IMG/VR virus record: IMGVR_UViG_3300037851_000814
Span: 1 to 47,975 of that record
Source: a virus
Lineage: Duplodnaviria; Caudoviricetes
DNA: 47,975 nucleotides
Strand: one strand, 5' to 3'
A model generated the notes under the pieces. That model saw nothing but the letters and a program-made list of their open reading frames with translations. It was not told where the DNA came from and did no database searches. This document shows positions 26,562 to 35,900 of this stretch, one piece after another. The number at the start of each line of letters is the position of its first letter. Position 1 is the stretch's first letter. The position numbers and the translations under genes are program-made.

Positions 26562-26829
26562 CCTCCAGTTCCGCGGCCCAGGCGATGAACCTCTGGTCGA
26601 GGGTGCGGGAGCCGCTCAACTGGCGGTGGATGTGAACATGCGAACACCCGCATTCCAAGCCGATTTTTCGCGTGGAAACCGGCCTTCGTTGTCTGTCGAG
26701 CAACAGTCGTATGTTGCGTAATATATAACAGTCGAGCGTCTCCAACTCGACCAGCGCCCTCTCCCGGAGGCCGGCCAAGACCCGCAGTTTCTTACTGGCG
26801 AGGCTTGGCCGGCACCTGTTCGGCGTCAC
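26539..26829 (-). CDS. HTH DNA-binding protein (96 aa)
   Basis: PVSTRKIGLECGCSHVHIHRQL HTH pattern. Confidence 0.55.
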   Translation of the reverse strand: MTPNRCRPSLASKKLRVLAGLRERALVELETLDCYILRNIRLLLDRQRRPVSTRKIGLECGCSHVHIHRQLSGSRTLDQRFIAWAAELEDGHHGHP

Positions 26830-27743
26830 GGGTTGACGCCGGGGATGGTGGCCTGGGCGGAACCGTAGGGGTCAGGATCTGGATCGTGGTCGATCTCCGG
26901 TTCCTGGGGTTTCTTCTCCGGGGCCTTAGTCACTTCGCCGGTGTCGTGGTCGATTTCGATGACCTCCGCCTGCTGGAGCATCGACTCGGCGGAGCCGATG
27001 TCATGGTGGACGGTGTCATCCTGGGCGACCACGCGGGCGACCTCGATGTCCATGGGCGCCCACTTGAGTGCCTGGAGTAGAACGGTCTTGAGGGCCATGG
27101 CGTGGAACTGCTCGGGATCCGACCACGGTCCGCCGCGGTCGCCCTTGACCGCTTCCGAATACTTCCTGGCGTGGGCCTCGACCTGTTCCTTCGACATCCG
27201 CGCACGGTAGACGCCACCGTCCTTGGTGCGGATCACGCAGTAGTAGCCGATGACCGGACCGGGATCCTTCCCCCAGGCAGTTGGGTGATGGACAATCTTG
27301 GCGTCGTCGCCGCCGACCACCGCCCACTCGTCGTTGGCGTGGACCTTGTCCGCGGTGACGGAGGCGATCTGCCCGGAGTTGTATGTCAGTTTGAGCGCAC
27401 CCTTGTAGCCCAACTGGAAGACGCACTCCTGCCGGCCGGTCTTCCGGTTGAAGCGCGGAATGAGGTAGCACTGGCCCAGGGGGCCGGGTTCCATGCCCTG
27501 CTGGGCAGCCAGCATGCAGGCCGCAATGACGGTCATGGGATCGCACTTGAGCAAGGCCGGCGTCCGCCGGATCTCGGTCACCAGCACCCGTTGGAAATGG
27601 TCCGGGTTGAGGTGCCGCGGCAGCGCAGCCTTGATGGCCGGCAACTGCCTATCGAGCAGGCGGACGACATCCTCCTTGGGAGGCGGGGCCGTCGCGAGGG
27701 CGCGGGCCTCATCGATGTTTTTGGACAGTTGGGTCTTCGCCAT
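26826..27743 (-). CDS. recT: RecT-family ssDNA annealing recombinase (~305 aa)
   Basis: IKAALPRHL, LLKCDP, GQCYLIP, FQLGYKG, GPW...AMALKTVL...KWAP. ATG 27743 with AAGGAG SD. Confidence 0.92.
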   Translation of the reverse strand: MAKTQLSKNIDEARALATAPPPKEDVVRLLDRQLPAIKAALPRHLNPDHFQRVLVTEIRRTPALLKCDPMTVIAACMLAAQQGMEPGPLGQCYLIPRFNRKTGRQECVFQLGYKGALKLTYNSGQIASVTADKVHANDEWAVVGGDDAKIVHHPTAWGKDPGPVIGYYCVIRTKDGGVYRARMSKEQVEAHARKYSEAVKGDRGGPWSDPEQFHAMALKTVLLQALKWAPMDIEVARVVAQDDTVHHDIGSAESMLQQAEVIEIDHDTGEVTKAPEKKPQEPEIDHDPDPDPYGSAQATIPGVNP

Positions 27744-27747
27744 GGGT

Positions 27748-28794
27748 CTACTCCTTGGTGGTGGGTTTCTTGGGTTTCGCCACCCGCAGGACGCGGGGGC
27801 CGGGGATGGTTTTGGTGGTGATGTAGCGTTCGGCAATGAGCGGTTGTTCTTCCTTGAACCGGGCAATGTCAACCTCTTCGACTACCCGGTCACGGTTCGA
27901 CTTCCAGGTGATCCTGCTGCCGTCGGGGCAGTTGATGACTTCACCATCCTTCATCAGGTGCTGGAGAAGGTGCTGCGCTCCATCGCGGGACTCCTCCCAC
28001 TTGGCGATGGCGGCAGACGCTTCCAGGTACATGGCCCGCAGACGATCGACCTCTGGCAACCATTCGACTTCCTTGCCTCCAGCTTCCCGCGGGTACATCT
28101 TCTTGAGCAGCAGACCATCGGGGGCCGATGGACCCGGTGCCGGCGGATCCTTGCGCTCGACTCGGGACCAAAACTCCGCGGCCACCGCCCGCATGACGGC
28201 GATGGCGTCCAGGTCTGGCGTTACCAGCCACAGCTTCAACTGGTTGCCACCAAAGAGGACCGCGAGGATCCAGGTGTCCCACCCGGTGATGTCCAGATAC
28301 CACTGGCACTGGCATCCGTAGACCGGCGGGACACCCTCCGACATCCACTCCCCCTGCATCCAGGTGGAGGCGGTCTTGATCTCGACTCCGACCTTGAGGT
28401 CGGTTTTGCCGGCGATGTTTTCCGGCAGGAGCGACCGGAGTTGGTCACCGATTGATGTGTTGATCACCCGGCGGTCGATGTTTGCCAACCGGTAGTCCTG
28501 CCGATAGGTGAGATTCACCCTCTGGAACCTACACCCCAACCGGCGGGCAGCCTCGTCGGCCACCGCTGCCTCATGGGTCCTCCCCCAAAACATCGGCTCG
28601 TTGTCGCGGTCGGCAACCTCTTCGCCGACCTTGTCCAGGTAAACCTCAAGGGGCGACTTCCACTGACTCAGCCCCAAGATCGCGGCTATATCGCTGCCGC
28701 CGATCCCCGACTTGCGGTCGGCCAGGAACTTCTTGCGTCCCTCCGACTCCGGTTCCGGGGTGTACGGGACTTCCAACAGGATCGGATCGCCCAT
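27748..28794 (-). CDS. YqaJ-like viral recombinase exonuclease (~348 aa)
   Basis: RKSGIGGSDIAAILGLSQWKSPLEVY, WGRTHE, ANIDR, VEIKT, YGCQCQWYL. ATG 28794 with GGGAGG SD. Confidence 0.92.
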   Translation of the reverse strand: MGDPILLEVPYTPEPESEGRKKFLADRKSGIGGSDIAAILGLSQWKSPLEVYLDKVGEEVADRDNEPMFWGRTHEAAVADEAARRLGCRFQRVNLTYRQDYRLANIDRRVINTSIGDQLRSLLPENIAGKTDLKVGVEIKTASTWMQGEWMSEGVPPVYGCQCQWYLDITGWDTWILAVLFGGNQLKLWLVTPDLDAIAVMRAVAAEFWSRVERKDPPAPGPSAPDGLLLKKMYPREAGGKEVEWLPEVDRLRAMYLEASAAIAKWEESRDGAQHLLQHLMKDGEVINCPDGSRITWKSNRDRVVEEVDIARFKEEQPLIAERYITTKTIPGPRVLRVAKPKKPTTKE

Positions 28795-28957
28795 GGTGTG
28801 CCTCCCTATGGGTGCAGAACGGGGCCATGCACAGCATGACGCCGTCAATGACGAGGATGATGATGGTGGCGACGCGCCAGCGACGGCGCTCGCGCAGTTG
28901 GCGGATGTTCTCCTCCGCCTCCTCGCGCAAATCGCTGATCGCCCGGTACTCGGCCAT
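28646..28957 (-). CDS. Small protein with one transmembrane segment (~103 aa); first early gene
   Basis: ATG 28957 is 7 nt after AACAAT. Hydrophobic VATIIILVIDGVMLCMAPF. The 3' end overlaps YqaJ. Confidence 0.45.
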   Translation of the reverse strand: MAEYRAISDLREEAEENIRQLRERRRWRVATIIILVIDGVMLCMAPFCTHREAHHGRSDPVGSPVHPGTGVGGTQEVPGRPQVGDRRQRYSRDLGAESVEVAP

Positions 28958-29050
28958 GGTGGGCATTGTTTCCGTCGCGGTTCCGCTGTCAAGCGGCAAT
29001 CGGCCGCTTGCCATTCCCGCGCTGATGTGGACGATTCCAGCAGGAGAACG
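28958..29050. promoter_or_regulatory. Divergent promoter pair with operator-like palindrome
   Basis: TTGACA-N16-AACAAT on the minus strand and TTGCCA-N16-GACGAT on the plus strand. CAAGCGG-N7-CCGCTTG at 28990-29010 overlaps both -35 boxes. Confidence 0.65.
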
Positions 29051-29052
29051 AC

Positions 29053-29646
29053 ATGGGCCTGGTCCTGGTCGCATGTTCCGGTCAGTCGAACATGGCGATG
29101 ATGAACCCCCTCGCCGCCGGCGGGTTGATCCCGACCCTGGCGACCGCATACCCGTCCGATGAGGTGCTGCCGGCGAAGCGGGCGTGGCCCGGCGAGCCAA
29201 TCGCCAGGTGGAACCCGTCGGTCCCCACCAGCTACTACCACCAGTGGCTGGCGAAGGTCCTGGCGGTCGCCGACGGACGGGTGCCGCGGCTGGCCGGCAT
29301 CTGCTGGGCGCAGGGAGAGGCCGACGCCAAGGCCGGGACCACCGCCAACGACTACCGTCAGGCCATGGTCGAGTTGATCGGCGAACTCCGCTCTGCCATG
29401 CGGGAGCGCCTCGGCTGCCAGACGGTCCCGGTCGCCATCGCCCGCCTGTCGGACTACGGCCTGACTCACCCTGGGTGGCCAACCTGGGCGGATATCCGGC
29501 AGGCGCATGAAGACCTGGTGGGGTCCTTGGCCCCGGCGGCCCTGGTGGATGCCGACGACCTCAACCTCGGGGTCCACTACTTCACCATCGGCGGATACCG
29601 CAAGTTGGGCGAGCGGTTCGCCGCCGCCCTGCAATCCTGCTGGTGA
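29053..29646 (+). CDS. SGNH hydrolase, sialate O-acetylesterase/CE6-like (197 aa)
   Basis: GQSNM catalytic Ser block, WAQGEAD block III, and GVHYF...GYRKLGERFA block V. AGGAG SD. Confidence 0.85.
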   Translation: MGLVLVACSGQSNMAMMNPLAAGGLIPTLATAYPSDEVLPAKRAWPGEPIARWNPSVPTSYYHQWLAKVLAVADGRVPRLAGICWAQGEADAKAGTTANDYRQAMVELIGELRSAMRERLGCQTVPVAIARLSDYGLTHPGWPTWADIRQAHEDLVGSLAPAALVDADDLNLGVHYFTIGGYRKLGERFAAALQSCW

Positions 29647-29649
29647 CCC

Positions 29650-29931
29650 ATGGCCCCGGCGACGACCGTCGCCCGGACGCTGATCGCCGCTATCCTCGGC
29701 GACCATGACCTCGTCCGCCGGCTGGCGCAGGAGGTGGCCGTCGTCTGCGGGCAGCAGATGACACGCAGGCATGCCGAACTGTCGGTTGCGGTGTTGGAAG
29801 CGCTGATGGCGCTCCTCGACACCGAATGGTGGGATGGTGTGGAGGCTACTCCAGACCGAACGACCGAGCAACCTCCGCGGCGAGATCATCGAAACCGGCC
29901 GCGCCGGCCCCGACCTCCTCCCACCACCTGA
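29650..29931 (+). CDS. Hypothetical protein (93 aa)
   Basis: Starts 3 nt after the esterase stop. The tail overlaps the convergent giant gene. Confidence 0.4.
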   Translation: MAPATTVARTLIAAILGDHDLVRRLAQEVAVVCGQQMTRRHAELSVAVLEALMALLDTEWWDGVEATPDRTTEQPPRRDHRNRPRRPRPPPTT

Positions 29932-32900
29932 TGCCAAGCTGCGTCAACCGACGGTCTTCCTCGGTCAGCCCATCAAGGAACGCATCAACCTTCGCCTTCG
30001 GCACCCGCGCCAGGGGGTGTCCCATGCGGATTGACTGGTGGTAACCCTTGAGGCTCGCACCTTCGGTGGCGAAGTACCTGGAAAGCCACCGCTTGGCGCG
30101 GTCGGGTTCTCCCCGCATCCAGGAACTGCGTGCTTGCGCCAGGGCAAAAGTCCGTTGCCTGCTGTCATCTTCCCTCGCTTCTCCCCATTCTCTCACCAGA
30201 TCCCGCGAGCGCCAGTATGCCTGTGCGCCAGGATCGAAGTCGTAGACCAGACCATTGGCCAGCATGTCCATGCTCGCCATGTCGGTGAAGGCCCGGTATG
30301 GCTGGCTGAGTCCGACCACCCCCAGGGCGGCGTCGAGACGGTCCACTATCTCGCGAGGTCGGCTGACATCGGGGTAGTAGCTTTGCCCGGTGATCAACTC
30401 GACCGGCGTCTTGATCAGGGGGGTAATCAGGTCGGCCATGCGCTGGACCGGGGCCATGCCGATGTCCGCCGCCACCTGGGCGAGACCCGCGCCGATCTCA
30501 CCGCGGTGGTCGGCCCGGCGGATGTTGTCGGCATGCCGGCCGACATCGTCGGCCCCCAACCACCCCAGGGCGTCCATCAGCGCACCGGAGAACTTCACCG
30601 CCCGGATCTTGCCGTCGTCGTACCGACCCAAAATGATATAGAGTCCCCGTCCCTTCTGCCGGTTCGGATCTTCCTCATCGGGGATGTCGTTCGCGGCTTT
30701 CATCATGGCGTTCCAGGCGGTCGCCATCACGGTCAGGGCGGAGATCGCCACTACCGTCCGTGCCGTGAGTCCGCCGGCCACCCTGATGCCGGCCGCGGTC
30801 CCGTTGCCGCCTTCGTAGCGGGCGTTCTTGACCAGACGCACATAGCGGGGGAAGTTGACCTCCTGCCATGCCCAAAACGGCAGCAGGCCCCGACGCAACT
30901 CCCGGCCGGTGACGCTGATCGAACCGTAGTCGCCCATGAGTTCCCGCGCCAACTTGGCGGAGATCACCGACTTGACCGCCTGGGAAGCGTCGAAGTCACC
31001 CTCCCGCTCGGCCGCATCCAACTGCGCGTACAACTCGTCCATCGCATCGCGCCGGCTGGCCCCGTAGTACCGCTTGGCTCCCAGACGCAGGTTCACCCCT
31101 CCCAACAACTTCCAGAAGTACCGGGCCGCGGCCAGACGCAGGACACCCTCGCGCCAGGCGTTGAATGCCCGCACCCGCCGGTAGTAGGCAGACAGGGGTT
31201 GCTTGATCGCCCGCTTGAGCCATCCGTCCGTCGGCTCAACCAGCAAGTGGGTGGCGTTCTGCCATCCACCCTCCTTGACCTCGTTGATCAGTTGCCCGCT
31301 TTGCAAAATCCCGAGCCGTTCAGCCTCCGTGCGCTTCGGATCATCGAACGCCTCGCCCTGCGCCTCGCGCAACATGCCGCCCACAATCGCGCCGGTGGAT
31401 CCGCCGGCGAGCATCCCCAGGGCCGCACCGCCCAGGCCCCCCGTCACCATCAGGCCGACGGCGGATCCCACCAGGACACCGAACAGTCCGCCGCTGCCCG
31501 CCGCCTCACCAGGGGTCCGGTGCAACCATCGCCAGAGATCCGCCGCCGCCCCCGGAACCTCACGGAGGATGCCAGGATGGGAGATCGCAGCATCCAGATC
31601 GCCAGACAGGTTGTTGAACTCGTACTTGAGCCAACGCCAGGGTCCAAACAGAATGATCGGTTTCCATACCCGGTTGAGGTTCTCCAAACCGCGGGCGAAC
31701 ATGGTCTTGGCATGTTCGCCGATGAAGGTGGTCTCCAACTCGTCCAGTTGGTCTGCCACCTCTTCGGGCAGGCACCATTGCGGACGCAGACCGACCACCA
31801 GGCTGGCCCGGTGGAGCTTCCCGACCTTGATCGAACAGGTGTCCGGCATCGTCGCAAGCAGATCCTCATCGGTCGTCATGCCGATCTGGTCCAGCACTTC
31901 GCCTACCATCTGGTCGGAGACGCTGAACCCTGGCACCACCAGCAGGCCGGGTTTGGGCTGCCACAGACGGTAGCCCTCCAGTTGCTGCGCCAGCGATTTC
32001 CAGGTGAGGAACTTCTTGCCCAGGGTCTTCTTGATCTCCTTCTGCCGCTCGGCGATGGCGGAGAAGACGCTCAAAGCGTTGCGGGCTGGATCGGTGACCT
32101 CCCGTTCCTCGCTGCCGTCCTTATTCCGATGCACCACCTCGATGCTGCCGTGCTTGCCCGATGCCAGGTAGGCCAGGAAGGGGAACCAATCCTCATGGTC
32201 GAAGTGAAGCGACGGTCGTGGTGGCCGGTCCGCGGGATCCTCGTCGGCATGCATGTCCTTCCACTGCTCGACATCCTCGAGGTGTTGGGCATGGGCATTC
32301 CGCGCCTCTTCCTCCAGATCGGCGAATGGCGTCCCGATCAACTCACCCTTGGCGATGCGTTCGATCAACCACTGGTTGTTCATGGCGATGCGGGTGCGGT
32401 ACGGCTTGTCCCACTCTCGCGCCTGTTGGCGGATCATCGCCATCGTTTCCACATCGATGGGTGCCTTCTGCCCGGCGACCGCCTGCGCCACCAGCACCTC
32501 AACCATGTTCGATCGGTTGAGGTTGTCGGCCTGGCGCTTGAGGTCACGCTGGACGCCATACCTCCGGTCCACCTCGGCCAGGAACGACAACTTCGACAAC
32601 TGGATCTGCATCGATGCGATGCATTCCATTTCCGCCATGAGGTAGTTGAGGGAGAAGTCTCCGCCGCCGACACGCTCGTACTGCGCCGGCACCTTCTTCA
32701 CGCGCACTCCCGACCGGACCATGCCCCCCTTGGCGCGGTCGTCCAGGTATTTGATGACCATCCGGTGGAAGTAGCGATGGTCGGCCAGGACATCACGCTG
32801 GAGCAGGGACGCCTCGACCAACTCGGCGGTGAACTCCTGGTGCCAATCCTCGCGGGACTGGATCGCCCGCGCCACCGCCGGCGTCATGCGCTCGTTCACC

Positions 32901-35900
32901 GCGGCGAGGTCCGCTTCGATGATCCGGCGGATCTCGACCACACTGCGGTCCTCGTCCTGTCCGCGCCCGTAGAAGGGGATGCCGCCAGGGTTGTCGGCGT
33001 ACAGACCATCATCCGCCTCCAACTCGCGGATGACATCCGGCAGGGCGAGACCCAGGGCCATGTCGACCTTCTCGGCATCGGTCAGGTGGCGTTGCCAATC
33101 GGCGATCTGCCGGACCGCCCAAATCGGGGCCGCATCGATCTCGTTGTAGAGTCGCTTGAGGCGTTCGACCAGGATCGCATGCTTCGCCTCGTCCAACTGC
33201 TTGAAGGTGCGCCGGCTTTCCGACCAGAACCCGTTCACCCACTCCCAGGCGTTCGACCAGAAACCTGGTTCCATCGGCCTGGCGATCAGCGCCTCGGCGA
33301 TGCGCTGCGCGGCATCGGGGTCACTGCTCAATCTTTCGATCTCGCTTTCCCTCCAGGGTGAGGTCAGGGCAAGCACCGTGCGACCGTTGCCCGACGCCAG
33401 GCGCAGGATCTGGTCCCGGATCGACCGATCGTCCTGGATGCCGGCGGAATGATCGATGGTGGCAGTCGGCGGCAGTTGCCAACTGATGGGGATGGCAGCC
33501 TCCATCGCGGCTCGCGCCGATGCGGTGATGGGGATCGACCGGACCGTGACCGACTCCGGTCCTCCCGGAACACGACCGCCCGGCGCTTCCGCGACGGGGA
33601 TTTCGACATCCTCGGTCTCAGCCTTCACCCCCAGGGACCGCAGGGTTTTCTTGATGATCAATGGAATGGTGTTGTCGTTTTCCGTGGGCCACGCCAGCCT
33701 GTCGTAACCATTCATCGCCGCTTCCAGGAGGGCGCGACGGACGCCCAACTCCACTTGCCCGCCAGGTTGCAGATCGGCGACGAACAACGCGGATTCCTTG
33801 CCGGCCCGCGTTTGCACCCGATGCTCCTCCATCCGCACATTGGGGATGGGATCTCCGTCCATGATCGCCAGCATTTCCTCGCGACTGACTTCCTTCTTCG
33901 GATCCAACTCCGACAAGCCGGACCAATACAACTCCTCGTTGCCGATGCCGTGATTCTTGAGCCAGCCGAGCATGCGCTCGCCGGTCCCGCGTCGTGGCAT
34001 CTTGCTGTTGGGATCGGTCAGGAAGGCACGGGACTGCGAGTACCAGACCGGGTTGGCTTGCTTGTCGAGGGCGAAACGGGCGATGTGGCTGGCGTCCCCG
34101 GAGTCTCGCCCCTTCGTGCGGCGACCAGGTCGTCCAGGTGCAGGGACACGCTTGCCAGGATCTGCCGTTGCTGCTTCTCCGGCAGTCCCGCCAGTGATCC
34201 GCCGTCGTTCATCGTCGAAGAGTCGTCTGATTTCGTCATTGCTCAACCCCTCCCTGGCCCCCTGTTCCAACACCTCGCGGAACAGTTGACTGATGGTCTT
34301 GGCCGGCATGCGGTCGATGGTCTGCTGACCACGGGCGCATCCCCGGTTGGCATGGTCACACCGCGGACAGGTCCACTGCCGCGATGTCGGATCTGATCTC
34401 CAGGCGATCCCGATGGTGGCATCGCCCTTGTCGATCGGACAGGTGTGGGGGATCAGCGACTCCGGGATCTTGTCGATGTCCTTCGCCACCAGACGACCAC
34501 CGCTGCGGATCGGCAGAACCACCTGGATGCGCTTCTCCATCCGGCGGACATGAGGAAGGTCTTCCGCGTCCTTCCAGACATAGGCGATGTCCAGGTCGTT
34601 GCCCTTGGCCTTGTCGATGTTGGTCCGATCAATGCTCAATAGGCGGATGTTGCGATCATCGACTTTCGACAGGTAGGACGGACGCTTGCTGAACACATGC
34701 GCCCGGACGCCGGCGGCGTTCATCGCCGCGATCACCCTGGCCCAATGGTCGCCGCCATCGCCCCGGTCGTGGAAACGCAAGGGTTCCAGATTTCCACGCT
34801 CGGCGATGAAACTCTTGGCAATATAGGTTCCCAACTCGTCGGGATGATGGGCGGCGACCAGGTCGATGATCTCGTTGATGATCAGCGATGCCTCAAAGGT
34901 CTGCCGCAGGTTGTTGGCGGCATAGCACTCCTGGGCGCAGCCATCGCTCGGGTCGCAGTTGATCTGCGAACTGCTGATGGCGACCTCGGGCTTGGTGGCT
35001 GCGGCGAAGAAAGCCAACTCCCGCTTTGTCCTCATTGCGTCGAGCAGCAGACGCAGCTTGCGTTCCAGCGTCCCCTGGGCCTGCAATGCGCCCTTGGCCC
35101 ATGCCGGCCACGCAATACTGTACCCCTTGGTCTTCGCCGCCTTCGGGTCGAGCGCCTCCAGCAATGCGGCCCGGACCAGCAGGCTCCGCGCAGCGACCAC
35201 TCCCCATGGCGTGGCGGCATGCTTCGACATCACGGTGAAGAAACCCTTTGGGATGGAGTCGAGGTCGAAGGTGGCCGACTTCACCACCCCTCGGTCGTAC
35301 ACGCTGATCGACCCCTTCCTTCCCTTCCGGGAGAGATCGATCACATGCGCTCCTCGGACATCCTCCAGCGGAACGCTGGCACCGTCGTTCCTCACCACCA
35401 CCTTCCCGGAACGGATGAAGATCCTGTCCGGCGCTCGCCGGGGAAGATGGAACAGGGTCGTCTGGCCGGGTTCCTCGGTCATTCCTTCATCGAACAGGGT
35501 CTTCTGGCCCTCGTCGCGTTGCCGCATGATCCGATGGGCGTCTTCCTTCCACGACCTTTCGGTGCCGTCGGGGATCTCCATCTGGATCTTCTCGGGGGCC
35601 GGGGCTGGACCGACCTCGCCATCACCGAACAGGTGCAACTGGTTCTTGAGCGCCGGATCCTGCGCTTCGGGCATGTAGCGGTCGGCCGGTTGCTCGACCA
35701 TCTGCCTTGCGCTCCCCACCAGGTTCCACAGGTTCGCCTTCTCGCGCCGGAACGACAACACGGTCCCATCGTTCGCGAGGAAGACGATGTCCACCACGCC
35801 GCGGGGAAGATCCGGGAGGATTGCCCGGTCGGTGATCCGCTCGTAGGTCTGCTGGCTGCGGGTGGCAAGGATGGTATTGTATGCGATGCATTCCGCCATC

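Noticed and set aside
30038-33361. Long plus-strand ORFs (1107 aa here; also 10732..13200, 7312..9372, 1555..3120)
   Set aside because: Antisense shadows of GC-rich, codon-biased minus-strand genes, with no motifs or SDs.
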